Assembly: GCA_964528055.1 (NCBI GenBank)
Contig: CAZGQM010000001.1
Coordinates: 365,690-429,689 of the forward strand
DNA: 64,000 nt
Direction: 5' to 3'
Source: an uncultured Geoanaerobacter sp.
GTDB taxonomy: Bacteria > Desulfobacterota > Desulfuromonadia > Geobacterales > DSM-12255
Notes under the pieces: generated by a model
What the model was told of the DNA's origin: nothing
Seen by the model: only the letters and a program-made list of their open reading frames with translations
The model's database searches: none
Position numbers and translations under genes: made by a program
Shown: piece after piece, positions 19,821 through 28,089 of the stretch
How the letters are laid out: every line of letters starts with the position of its first letter
Numbering within the stretch: position 1 is the first letter of the stretch

Positions 19821-20225
19821 ATGAAAACTATAATATCAATATTAGTGGCAAGCACTATACTGATGTATGCTATCACATCATCTTATGCTGAACTGATAGT
19901 AGATGATAATAATATAGTGAAATTATCTGGTAAATTAATGTTGCGCGGTTACACAAATCCAGATAATAAAATAGAAAATGTGTATATATTGTTGTTACGC
20001 AAAGGAATTGATATTGAAGAACAAAAGGGTGAAGGGCCTGTTAACAATCTAACAAAAATACAAGTAATCTTTATTCCTAGTAAATTTAGTATCAAGTCTA
20101 TAGATAGTAAATATCTTAATAAAAATGTTACGATAATGGGAACTCTATTATATGCGGGTTCTCCGCATCATTACACCCCAGCGCTAATTAACGCTAAAGA
20201 AATACTACTAGATAAAAAACGCTAG
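19821..20225 (+). CDS. Putative secreted immunity protein for the Rhs C-terminal toxin
   Basis: It starts 19 nt after the rhs stop, with GGAGAG 5 nt upstream of the ATG. It has a signal peptide (MKTIISILVASTILMYAITSSYA). It shares the AT-rich composition of the Rhs tip. The immunity role is inferred from position only. Confidence 0.5.
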   Translation: MKTIISILVASTILMYAITSSYAELIVDDNNIVKLSGKLMLRGYTNPDNKIENVYILLLRKGIDIEEQKGEGPVNNLTKIQVIFIPSKFSIKSIDSKYLNKNVTIMGTLLYAGSPHHYTPALINAKEILLDKKR

Positions 20226-20290
20226 TTATGTGGAAAATTAGAAGGGCATCACATTAGTTGAAGTGAGAATAGTTTTCAGCAGAATATGGA

Positions 20291-20311
20291 TGTGCAAAAA
20301 GTAGACTTTTG
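20291..20311. repeat. Candidate serine-recombinase site 1 (imperfect palindrome CAAAAAGT-AG-ACTTTTG)
   Basis: tgtgcaaaaagtagacttttg. This is near-identical, in direct orientation, to site 3 at 21218. Its half-sites are internally palindromic. Confidence 0.4.
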
Positions 20312-20535
20312 TCATTCCTCATCAGAGGCCTCTGGGGTCTTTCTTGTTTCAATTTTCAGCGTAAATACCTAATGCCAAATTCTTAGTGACATTTCAGATT
20401 CAATTTCGGTTTTGGGAATCAAACCCAGGTCCGAAAATAACCACAGATAAACTTAAATTAGCAAATTGGGCGTTTAGACAGTCACAACAGCCTACTTATT
20501 ATATTCGCAATAAAGATATGTAAAGGAGAGAACGT

Positions 20536-21147
20536 ATGAATTACTTCAATTTTGGTTATTTGCGTAAAGCATTCACAATATTTGCAATGATTGCAGTAGC
20601 TGGTTGTATCTCTGCAGATAAAACAGATAATGGTAAACTTATTGCTGAAGGTAATTCTTTACGTCTTATTAAAAACGGTAAACCTGTAGTAATTAAAGTT
20701 TCTAGTTGTTTTAATGGGTTTGGTTGGATAGACGATAATAATATATTTGTTGCTTCTCAACCAGACACTGAATCAGCGGCCCTAGCTGTTATTGAGCTGT
20801 ACGACACTAAGACTAATAAACTATCACCAATTACGGTAGTTGACGGCGGCGAAAGTGTACATTTTGATATAAACAAGAACAATCATATGGTTTTATTCAA
20901 CGCAGAAGGTGTTGATGCATCTGATGTTAAATTAAACTCATCTGGAAATATGGTTTATAATACTCCGCCCTATCAAATTTTATTAGGTAAGATTATCGGT
21001 GATAACTTTAAATACGTTACAATATTTAAATCTGTTAATTCTACAGAAAATGTGAAATGGATTGACGATTATACTTATAGTTATGGCAAGGGTGCAGCTA
21101 GCCAGAAAATACCGCAGAATATTAATTGGGATTCAGTAAAGAATTAA
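20536..21147 (+). CDS. Hypothetical lipoprotein
   Basis: 203 aa with a lipobox (IAVAGC) after a hydrophobic leader. It has a strong RBS (AAGGAGAG). The gene is AT-rich. Confidence 0.6.
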   Translation: MNYFNFGYLRKAFTIFAMIAVAGCISADKTDNGKLIAEGNSLRLIKNGKPVVIKVSSCFNGFGWIDDNNIFVASQPDTESAALAVIELYDTKTNKLSPITVVDGGESVHFDINKNNHMVLFNAEGVDASDVKLNSSGNMVYNTPPYQILLGKIIGDNFKYVTIFKSVNSTENVKWIDDYTYSYGKGAASQKIPQNINWDSVKN

Positions 21148-21187
21148 GTGATATAAACAGAAATTCAACGGTAGGTTCGCAAAGTAT

Positions 21188-21203
21188 CAAAAGTGTACTT
21201 TTG
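21188..21203. repeat. Candidate serine-recombinase site 2 (perfect palindrome CAAAAGT-GT-ACTTTTG)
   Basis: caaaagtgtacttttg lies about 150 nt upstream of the recombinase ATG. Confidence 0.4.
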
Positions 21204-21217
21204 CCCCTACAATCATA

Positions 21218-21237
21218 TGTGCAAAAAGTACACTTTC
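21218..21237. repeat. Candidate serine-recombinase site 3
   Basis: tgtgcaaaaagtacactttc matches site 1 at 17 of its first 18 positions (tgtgcaaaaagta-acttt). It lies 14 nt from site 2. Confidence 0.4.
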
Positions 21238-21350
21238 TATACACCCATTTTTTCTGCGGTTCTTCCCTTGAATAATATCCAAAAACTTGTGCATTAACCT
21301 TGGCAAAAATCTACGTGCAGAAACGACCTTCTCGTGATAAGTTGTTGCAC

Positions 21351-22052
21351 ATGGAAAAGATTTCAAACAGAGTCGGATATGCCAGGGTAAGCTCTACCGG
21401 CCAAAATCTTGATTCGCAGATTGACGCCCTTGAGGCAGCGGGGTGTGTTCGTGTATTTGCGGACAAGGTGACTGGCACGAAGGCGAATCGCCCCGAATGG
21501 AACAAGCTTCTTGATTTTCTCCGCCCCGGAGATGTCCTGGTGGTCACTGAGTTGAGCCGGATGTCGAGAAGTCTGATGCATTTACTTCAACTTGCCAAAG
21601 AATTTTCGGATAAGGGAATCGGTCTGGTATCGCTTCGTGAACACATTGATACCAACACGGCCACGGGCAAAGCCTTCTTTGCTATCATGGGTGCAATCAG
21701 CCAATTGGAACTTGAACTTAAAGCAGAGAGAACGGCAGCAGGGAGAGAAGCAGCAAAGGCGCGTGGGAAGACGGGTGGACGGCCAAAGACAGACTCTGCC
21801 ATTCTTGAACAAGCACGAGTCCTTTATGAAAATTCCGATTCTTCAGCGGCTAAGGTATGCAAGACGTTCAAAATCAGCAGGCGTACTCTTTATAATTACA
21901 TGGCCGAAGTGAAAGAAAAGTCGGCAGAATGTACCGTGAAAGAAGCTCCTGCACCAAAGAGAAAACTTGGTACTGCAAAAGGGAAAATCAAGATTGCTGA
22001 TGACTTTGATGATATGCTGATGTTGAGAGAGGAAAACGTACCATGCAATTGA
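21351..22052 (+). CDS. Small serine recombinase (resolvase/invertase family)
   Basis: The catalytic N-terminus is VGYARVSSTGQNLDSQ, followed by LVVTELSRMSRS. The C-terminal HTH is KISRRTLYNYM. I prefer the ATG at 21351 over the TTG at 21300. Confidence 0.9.
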   Translation: MEKISNRVGYARVSSTGQNLDSQIDALEAAGCVRVFADKVTGTKANRPEWNKLLDFLRPGDVLVVTELSRMSRSLMHLLQLAKEFSDKGIGLVSLREHIDTNTATGKAFFAIMGAISQLELELKAERTAAGREAAKARGKTGGRPKTDSAILEQARVLYENSDSSAAKVCKTFKISRRTLYNYMAEVKEKSAECTVKEAPAPKRKLGTAKGKIKIADDFDDMLMLREENVPCN

Positions 22053-22918
22053 TGTTGAAAAATACCATTTCTCCTTTCGATGAAATGGTTGCTTATGAAA
22101 CTTTGTGGGCATTGCCAAATGAATCCCTGAAATCTATTTCGGAAACATTCAAAAGCAATAAAGTCTTGCCTAGTATGATTCTTGCTCAGAAAAACGACCT
22201 GTTTACCATCCCAAATTTGTCTGAAGAAATCAGAAAATATTTTTCAAATAAATCTGGCTTTTCGGTCTCCATTTGCGGAGACTTTCAATATCCTCACAAA
22301 CTGCAGGATGCACGTTATCCGATTGAGCTGTTCTACTATAAGGGTGATATTGGGTTGCTTGAAAGCAGATGCATATCCGTTGTTGGAGCAAGGAAGTGCT
22401 CTGAGGACGGGAAGAAAAGAACTAAAAGGCTCGTTAAGGGGCTAGTTGAAAACGGCTTTACAATCGTTTCAGGGTTGGCCCTTGGAGTAGATACAGCAGC
22501 CATGACTACTGCCATTGAATGCGGCGGTAAAACAATAGGCGTAATTGGCACACCTATCGACCTTTATTATCCAAAGGAAAACCAGGAGCTGCAGAACAAG
22601 GTAGCAAAGGATTATTTACTAATAAGCCAGGTTCCATTTTATCGTTATGAAAAAGAGCCGTTCAAAACCAAAAGAATATATTTCCCTCAAAGAAACGAAA
22701 CTATGGCTGCTTTGTCCGAGGCGACCATCATCGTTGAAGCTTCTGACACGAGCGGCAGTCTGACTCAAGCTAGAGCTGCTATTTCACAAGGCCGCAAGCT
22801 TTTCATTTTGAATTCCTGTTTTGAAAATACAGCGATAAGCTGGCCAAAAAAGTATGAAGAAAAAGGCGCTATAAGAGTCAATAACTTTGATGACATCTTA
22901 AAAGAGATGTCCATATGA
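22043..22918 (+). CDS. DprA/Smf-like (SLOG superfamily) Rossmann-fold protein
   Basis: ISVVGARKCSEDGKKRTKRLVKGLVENGFTIVSGLALGVDTAAMTTAIECGGKTIGVIGTPIDLYYPKEN matches the DprA core GxRxxS...SGLAxGIDxxAH...GxTIAVLG..D..YP. It overlaps the next gene by 4 nt. Confidence 0.8.
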   Translation: MQLMLKNTISPFDEMVAYETLWALPNESLKSISETFKSNKVLPSMILAQKNDLFTIPNLSEEIRKYFSNKSGFSVSICGDFQYPHKLQDARYPIELFYYKGDIGLLESRCISVVGARKCSEDGKKRTKRLVKGLVENGFTIVSGLALGVDTAAMTTAIECGGKTIGVIGTPIDLYYPKENQELQNKVAKDYLLISQVPFYRYEKEPFKTKRIYFPQRNETMAALSEATIIVEASDTSGSLTQARAAISQGRKLFILNSCFENTAISWPKKYEEKGAIRVNNFDDILKEMSI

Positions 22919-23526
22919 GTGGCTTTTGGAAAAAGATTGAACGAATCGGCCTGCAGAGTTTCCCTTGTCGGCTTGATGATACCGACATTTGCTATTACGC
23001 AAGGGAGTATACTCCAGGAGGCGGATATACTGCTTCTGAAGCTAACGACCTCATTCAAAACTTCAAGAAGCCTATGGATAGAGAAGGAAAGCCGGAATGG
23101 CGGTATAAGGATAACGCAATAAGGCGGTTTGCGTTAGAATTGTCACAGCTCGATTTCACTGGAACAATTGTTACTTGTGTTCCCTCATCAAAATGCAAAA
23201 CAGACCCGCTTTACGATAACAGAATGGAAAAAACTTTTGGGTACCTCAGGCAGCATCAACCTTCAATTGTTATTGAGTATCCCTTTGAATTACGTGCAAC
23301 AATTACCGCAGCTCACCTTGGCGGGCCACGGGATGCAGATTCCTTTTACGGAGGATTGAACTGGGTTGGACTTCAAACGACCCCAGTGAATAATGTTATT
23401 CTCATAGATGATGTTGTTACGACCGGCAGCAAATTTAAGGCTTGTAAACGGATGATTCTTGAACACCACCCGAATGCTTCAGTCTTCGGAGTTTTCTGGG
23501 GAAGAACTGTTTGGCAAGATTTTTGA
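22915..23526 (+). CDS. ComF-like phosphoribosyltransferase-domain protein
   Basis: The PRPP-binding loop is VILIDDVVTTGSKFKAC. It is translationally coupled to the DprA-like gene (ATGA overlap). Confidence 0.8.
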   Translation: MSGFWKKIERIGLQSFPCRLDDTDICYYAREYTPGGGYTASEANDLIQNFKKPMDREGKPEWRYKDNAIRRFALELSQLDFTGTIVTCVPSSKCKTDPLYDNRMEKTFGYLRQHQPSIVIEYPFELRATITAAHLGGPRDADSFYGGLNWVGLQTTPVNNVILIDDVVTTGSKFKACKRMILEHHPNASVFGVFWGRTVWQDF

Positions 23527-23544
23527 TTTTAAAATGAGATTATA

Positions 23545-24177
23545 ATGGATGATTTAATCATCGATGAATCTGAAGAAGCACAGAAGCCATCTCAACCGCC
23601 CACTGCTGATTCTTCAATTAACGAATATAGAAAACATCTCTGGGATGCTCTTAGGGCAGGACAAGAGCAATATGATAAATATCTCCTGACTCTTTCAGGT
23701 GGCGGGCTGGCAATTTCGCTTACCCTTATCAAAGATGTATTCAGCAAAACCCAATTAACGTGTCCTTCCACCCTAATCTTTTCGTGGGCATTTTTCTGCA
23801 TCAGCATTACCTTTACGATTGCATCTTTTATGACAAGCCAGAAGTCCCTGAGAACCCATCTCGATAATTATGAAACATATATTGCCACAGGGAATGACGA
23901 GAAACTGAAAGCCCATAATCCCAATGAGACACTGACCAACTTTTTAAATTATGCGTCAGGTGTATGTTTCTTCATTGCCGTAGTAGCCACGATAGTTTTT
24001 GCGTCCATGAATCTAAACAGAGGTGTTTTTATGTCAAATGAGCATATGGAAGAGCTGAAAAAAGGATACAATGCCCCTTCAGCACCAACTCTTCAGCGAA
24101 TCAATGAAGGCAATCCACCACCAGCGCCAACACAGCAACAGCAGCCTAGTCAACCAGCTCCTACAGAGGGGAAATAG
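23545..24177 (+). CDS. Three-TM membrane protein with a Pro/Gln-rich tail (candidate membrane effector, SLATT-like by context)
   Basis: 210 aa. The hydrophobic segments are LLTLSGGGLAISLTLI, LIFSWAFFCISITFTIASFM and GVCFFIAVVATIVFASM. It lies 18 nt after the PRTase gene. The SLATT assignment is inference only. Confidence 0.4.
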   Translation: MDDLIIDESEEAQKPSQPPTADSSINEYRKHLWDALRAGQEQYDKYLLTLSGGGLAISLTLIKDVFSKTQLTCPSTLIFSWAFFCISITFTIASFMTSQKSLRTHLDNYETYIATGNDEKLKAHNPNETLTNFLNYASGVCFFIAVVATIVFASMNLNRGVFMSNEHMEELKKGYNAPSAPTLQRINEGNPPPAPTQQQQPSQPAPTEGK

Positions 24178-24202
24178 CAGTTCTGTTCACAAAGAGGAAT
24201 AT

Positions 24203-24346
24203 ATGGGAAAAACTCCATCGAATGATATCAATCGGGGATACACGCAACCGCAAGCGCCGAACACGGTAAAACCTGGAGCCGGGTATACTGCTCCGCCACC
24301 ACCAACACAGCAGACTCCAGCACCGCAACCACCTTCACAAAAATAG
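24203..24346 (+). CDS. Small Pro/Gln-rich ORF paralogous to the tail of the preceding protein
   Basis: 47 aa, with an AAGAGGA RBS 6 nt upstream of the ATG. RGYTQPQAP...PPPPTQQTPAPQPPSQK parallels KGYNAPSAP...PPPAPTQQQQPSQPAPTEGK in the upstream gene. Confidence 0.35.
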   Translation: MGKTPSNDINRGYTQPQAPNTVKPGAGYTAPPPPTQQTPAPQPPSQK

Positions 24347-24356
24347 CGAGGGGAGC

Positions 24357-24869
24357 ATGGTTTACATCGGGCATTTTTCTTTTGATGAAATCACCTATGA
24401 AGCCAGGTTCGGCCACTTCACTTGTGTTGTTGAGGCAAAAAGTCCCGAAGAGGCGGAAAAGGGTTTCAGGAAACTCATCAAGGATATGAGGAAGAATAAG
24501 GCTCTGTTCAGCACTACCCCCATAGACATCTATCTTGATTCGTTCACTGAGGTTGGAGAAGTACCAAAGACGGGTTTGGTTTCATGTTTCTCTTCCTTTA
24601 GTGGAGAGAAGCGCGGGAGTATAAGTACATACCTTCCTCACGAAGATAAGGGCACCTGTCAGGGCTTCTTTTACTATTCTGACGATAAACCCGAAATGGC
24701 CGTGCAAATGGATAAGACTGAGCCACAGGAAGTTGAACCATTCATCAGTTTTAAGCCAACGGCAGCACAAGAAAAAGCGATGCTCGCAAGAGAAGAATAT
24801 GAGAGAATGAAATCCCGACCAGTGGTACCTGAGAAGCGAAAACCTTTTACAAGGAAGTCGCATTGGTAA
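24357..24869 (+). CDS. Hypothetical protein (last gene of the DprA-like operon)
   Basis: 170-aa ORF starting 10 nt after the previous stop. I recognise no motifs. Confidence 0.5.
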   Translation: MVYIGHFSFDEITYEARFGHFTCVVEAKSPEEAEKGFRKLIKDMRKNKALFSTTPIDIYLDSFTEVGEVPKTGLVSCFSSFSGEKRGSISTYLPHEDKGTCQGFFYYSDDKPEMAVQMDKTEPQEVEPFISFKPTAAQEKAMLAREEYERMKSRPVVPEKRKPFTRKSHW

Positions 24870-25084
24870 TCAGGCGTTGCCAGAATCCGAAGATATATCT
24901 TCAAACTGTAAATTGAATTGAGATTTTTCCCATGGCTCAAACCCAAAACAAGCTAAATTACTTTCCAGGGTACCATGCGAAAGCGAACACATTAAAGATA
25001 AGTAAAATGATTTTTAACCGCTCTAGGGGTAAGGTGATTAACGGTAATATTGTAACTTTGAGAGGCAATATTGTTATTTCCCAG

Positions 25085-25690
25085 TCCGAATTCAAGAAAA
25101 ATGTCCTCGAAGTCATGCGCCAGCCTCTGGAGGACGGCAGAGTCACCATCTCCCGCGCGCTCACTTCAATAACCTATCCATCGAGATTCATGCTGGTAAC
25201 CGCAATGAACCCCTGTCCCTGCGGTTATCTGGGCGATCCGCAGCACTCCTGCTCTTGCACTCCGGTCATGATCCAGCGTTACCGATCACGCATCTCAGGT
25301 CCATTGCTTGACCGGATCGACCTTCATATCGAAGTCCCTGCCGTAAAATACCGTGACCTGGCAGACCGCGCTGATGGCGAACCATCAGCATCAATTGCTT
25401 CAAGGGTCGAGAGCTGCAGAAATCTTCAGATTGAGCGGTTCAAAGGCACCAAAATTCACTGCAACGCCCAGATGCCGCCACGGTTTATCAAGAAGTTCTG
25501 CGAACCGGACGCTGGCGGCCATAGACTGCTAGAAATAGTAACCGACCGTCTTGGCCTCTCCGCCCGCTCTTACACACGCATTCTGAAAGTGGCGCGAACC
25601 ATTGCCGATCTTGAAGCCTCCGAAAACATCCGGGAGCAGCACCTGGCAGAGGCTATTCAGTACAGGAGCCTGGATCGGAAGACAGGTTGA
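25085..25690 (+). pseudogene. comM: comM (Mg-chelatase-like/YifB competence helicase), 5'-truncated; only the C-terminal ~200 codons are present
   Basis: From S52 of ORF 24932..25690 the sequence is typical ComM: (P)[24 protein letters not shown]...[18 protein letters not shown]...[15 protein letters not shown]...[18 protein letters not shown]. The N-terminal AAA+ half is absent, and residues 1-51 are unrelated read-through. Confidence 0.8.
25467..25690 (+). repeat. Direct repeat, left copy (comM 3' end, 224 bp)
   Basis: It aligns base for base with 61592..61815. There are only 2 mismatches, at 25504 (a vs c) and 25684 (a vs g). Confidence 0.95.
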
Positions 25691-25812
25691 GAGCTGAAAA
25701 GAAGTTCAGCGTCAATCAGGTCGAAAATCTTACTATTATCAGCACGCACGCTACCCGGTACAGCAATTTTAAATACCTCAGAGGTTTATCCATATCCGAT
25801 ATCGTTCCAGCT

Positions 25813-25851
25813 CCGGCGCACTGGTCATTCATGGCCGTGCGCTGGTTTTTT
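25813..25851 (+). terminator. Rho-independent terminator downstream of comM
   Basis: The stem is ccggcgcac / gtgcgctgg with one G:T pair and a 15-nt loop, followed by TTTTTT. Confidence 0.5.
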
Positions 25852-26024
25852 GTATGTTGGTTCTGAGGTAATGATGAGTTGGCCTGGGAGTTAAATATAC
25901 TGTTTGAATGAATAAGTAGGAGTTGAGGTTGAAGCCTCCGGTGGTCTTGATAGCTTGTATGAGCAAGCGGTCTCCAGAATCCCCTGCGTAGTTTCTCATC
26001 CGGAGTTTACGGATGTGAAACTAA

Positions 26025-28076
26025 CTAATGTTCCTCAGGATCGGTGTAATCTGCATACTCCTGAGAGATCCGTAAAAACTCTTCATTACTTGCCATAAAC
26101 GCAGACACGACATCAGGATCAAACATTTTTCCTGAGTTGCCAAGGATGTTTTCTCTGGCCTTTTCGTGAGATAACCCCTCTTTATAGACACGTCGACTGA
26201 CCATCGCATCGTAGGTGTCGGCAAGGGACATCAGACGTCCGGCGAGCGGTATCTCCTCGCCGCGCAGCCCGTGAGGGTAACCGCTGCCATCCCATCGTTC
26301 ATGATGCGATTCGATCATCTGACGGGCATAATGGAGAAAATCATGATGTTCCGGATGTCCGGTGCCGCCGATGGTTCGGGACAGCGCGTCCACCCCGATA
26401 AGAGTGTGACTCTTCATGATGGTATACTCTTCATCCGTCAGATTCCCAGGTTTATGCAGAATGATGTCAGGTATCCCCACTTTTCCGATATCGTGCAGGG
26501 GAGCTGACTTTGCCAGCAGCACAATGCTGGTTTCATCCAGGTAGCTGTGTTTAGGCATGGCAGCCAGTTGGCGGGCGAGAATCTCCACATAGCGTCGGGT
26601 TCGCAGGATATGGCCGCCGGTCTCTTTGTCCCGGGCTTCAGTCAGTGACGACATGCTGATAATGATGGTATCCTGGGCATCGATCAGGTCCAGTGTCCGC
26701 AGCCGGAGCTTGCGAGCTTCAATACCGTATTTCAGCAGGCTGAGAAACGTCATTATGACGATGGGTGTTGCCAGAGGAAGCAGAGGAGAAACGTACAGAC
26801 CATGATGCACAAGAAGCTCTCGTGCTCCCCAGTAACAGCCGACCGTCCCGGTGATAACCGTAGCCAGTGAAAGCATGAATCCGGGACTGCTGAGCAGCCA
26901 GCTTCCCAGAATCCCGAGCAGTACAACTGCAGAAAGCTCCGCACCTCTGGCCCAGCCCGGACGGCTCATAAAGGTGCCGGACAGGATATTGTCAATTATC
27001 GTGGCATGAATTGCCAGACCGCTCAGTGAGTGCCCCGAAGGTACAAGATGCTGATCTCCCAGTCCTTTGGCCCATGGACCCACCAGGACAATTTTCCCGG
27101 CAAGCGGTTCTTTGCCTATGTCACCGGCAATGACGGCCCGGGAGGAATAGTAGGTGAACCCTCTCTTTTCGTCACGAAAATCGAGCAAAAGGTTGCCTTC
27201 TCTATCAAGTGGGATGATTCTTTCTCTCCAGATCAGAGATGATTCCTGGCCATGCCGGACAAGATGCAGCCTACGGTCTTGCGATGTAACAAGAAGGGCC
27301 GCCATCGCCAGGGAAGGATACTCTCTGCCTTTGTAGGAAAGCAGCAGCGGAACACGGCGAAGTGCGCCATCACGGTCGTGTAGGGCATTGGTGAACCCCT
27401 CGGCTCTGGCAGCACGGGTTAGCTCAGGAATACCGCGGATCATTCCGGCAGGTTTTGGCCAGTCAGTATCGCTCCCGGCTCCTTTGAGCAGGATCATACC
27501 GGAGGGGATTGCCGGTGAGTGAGGGATGGCTGATTCAGGGAGAGCAGGGGAGAACGATGCATTGTCAGCGGCAAAGTTGAAATAATAGCCGAGAACCGTT
27601 TCCCCCCTGGCCATTGCAGAAGCAAGACGCATGGAGTTGCTGTCATCAGCTGTATCGGAATAGATTGCCGGAGCGGTTTCTCGATCACGCCGCCTCTCGG
27701 AAATAATAATCTCCGGCGAGGTGCGATCCGCTTCCGGCATCAGAATATCAAGGGCAACGACCCTGGCTCCCAGTTCATGCAGACGCTCGACCAGCCATGC
27801 CAGACGATAACGCGGCCAGGGCCACTGGCCATAGGCCGCAAGACTCTCATCGTCAATGCCTACCAGTACAGGGGCATCGGTCGAAGGGGGGCTAATGCGC
27901 CCGGACCGCATGAGATCGTACAGGCGAAGCTCCGCCTGCTGAAGAAGGAGCGGCGGAAAGACAACGAGAAGCGAAAGCAGGAATGTCAGGGCAAGGCCGA
28001 CGGAAAGCAGCAGGATTCGCCCTTCCCAGAGTGGGTTGAGACGCTTCTGCTGATTGTTGTATGGGGTGGTTGCCAT
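26025..28076 (-). CDS. CHASE2 sensor domain / HD-GYP c-di-GMP phosphodiesterase
   Basis: 683 aa. It has an N-terminal TM segment, a periplasmic domain, then a block of 3-4 TM segments (CHASE2 topology). The C-terminus carries HDIGK and HHERWDGSGYP motifs. Confidence 0.8.
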   Translation of the reverse strand: MATTPYNNQQKRLNPLWEGRILLLSVGLALTFLLSLLVVFPPLLLQQAELRLYDLMRSGRISPPSTDAPVLVGIDDESLAAYGQWPWPRYRLAWLVERLHELGARVVALDILMPEADRTSPEIIISERRRDRETAPAIYSDTADDSNSMRLASAMARGETVLGYYFNFAADNASFSPALPESAIPHSPAIPSGMILLKGAGSDTDWPKPAGMIRGIPELTRAARAEGFTNALHDRDGALRRVPLLLSYKGREYPSLAMAALLVTSQDRRLHLVRHGQESSLIWRERIIPLDREGNLLLDFRDEKRGFTYYSSRAVIAGDIGKEPLAGKIVLVGPWAKGLGDQHLVPSGHSLSGLAIHATIIDNILSGTFMSRPGWARGAELSAVVLLGILGSWLLSSPGFMLSLATVITGTVGCYWGARELLVHHGLYVSPLLPLATPIVIMTFLSLLKYGIEARKLRLRTLDLIDAQDTIIISMSSLTEARDKETGGHILRTRRYVEILARQLAAMPKHSYLDETSIVLLAKSAPLHDIGKVGIPDIILHKPGNLTDEEYTIMKSHTLIGVDALSRTIGGTGHPEHHDFLHYARQMIESHHERWDGSGYPHGLRGEEIPLAGRLMSLADTYDAMVSRRVYKEGLSHEKARENILGNSGKMFDPDVVSAFMASNEEFLRISQEYADYTDPEEH

Positions 28077-28089
28077 GGTTTCCGGAATG

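Larger units (their letters stand above)
1..25084. mobile_element. Accessory (defence/toxin) island, left end outside window; its right edge abuts the truncated comM
   Basis: By eye it is AT-richer than the T6SS block. Content is typical of mobile islands (Nuc nuclease, RM-like system, XRE/ImmA, Rhs, serine recombinase). comM homology starts abruptly at about 25085 with no 5' half upstream. Confidence 0.5.

Noticed and set aside
24932-25084. N-terminal 51 codons of ORF 24932..25690 ([15 protein letters not shown]...)
   Set aside because: This stretch is unrelated to ComM and AT-rich. It is most simply open reading frame running out of the truncated comM into island DNA, not a genuine new N-terminus.
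25030-25085. Tn7-like or other transposon terminus at the island/comM junction (comM is a Tn7-family target in Acinetobacter)
   Set aside because: There is no terminal TGT/ACA, no array of ~20-bp transposase-binding repeats, and no tns genes in the window. Only two short aatattgt repeats are present, which is insufficient.
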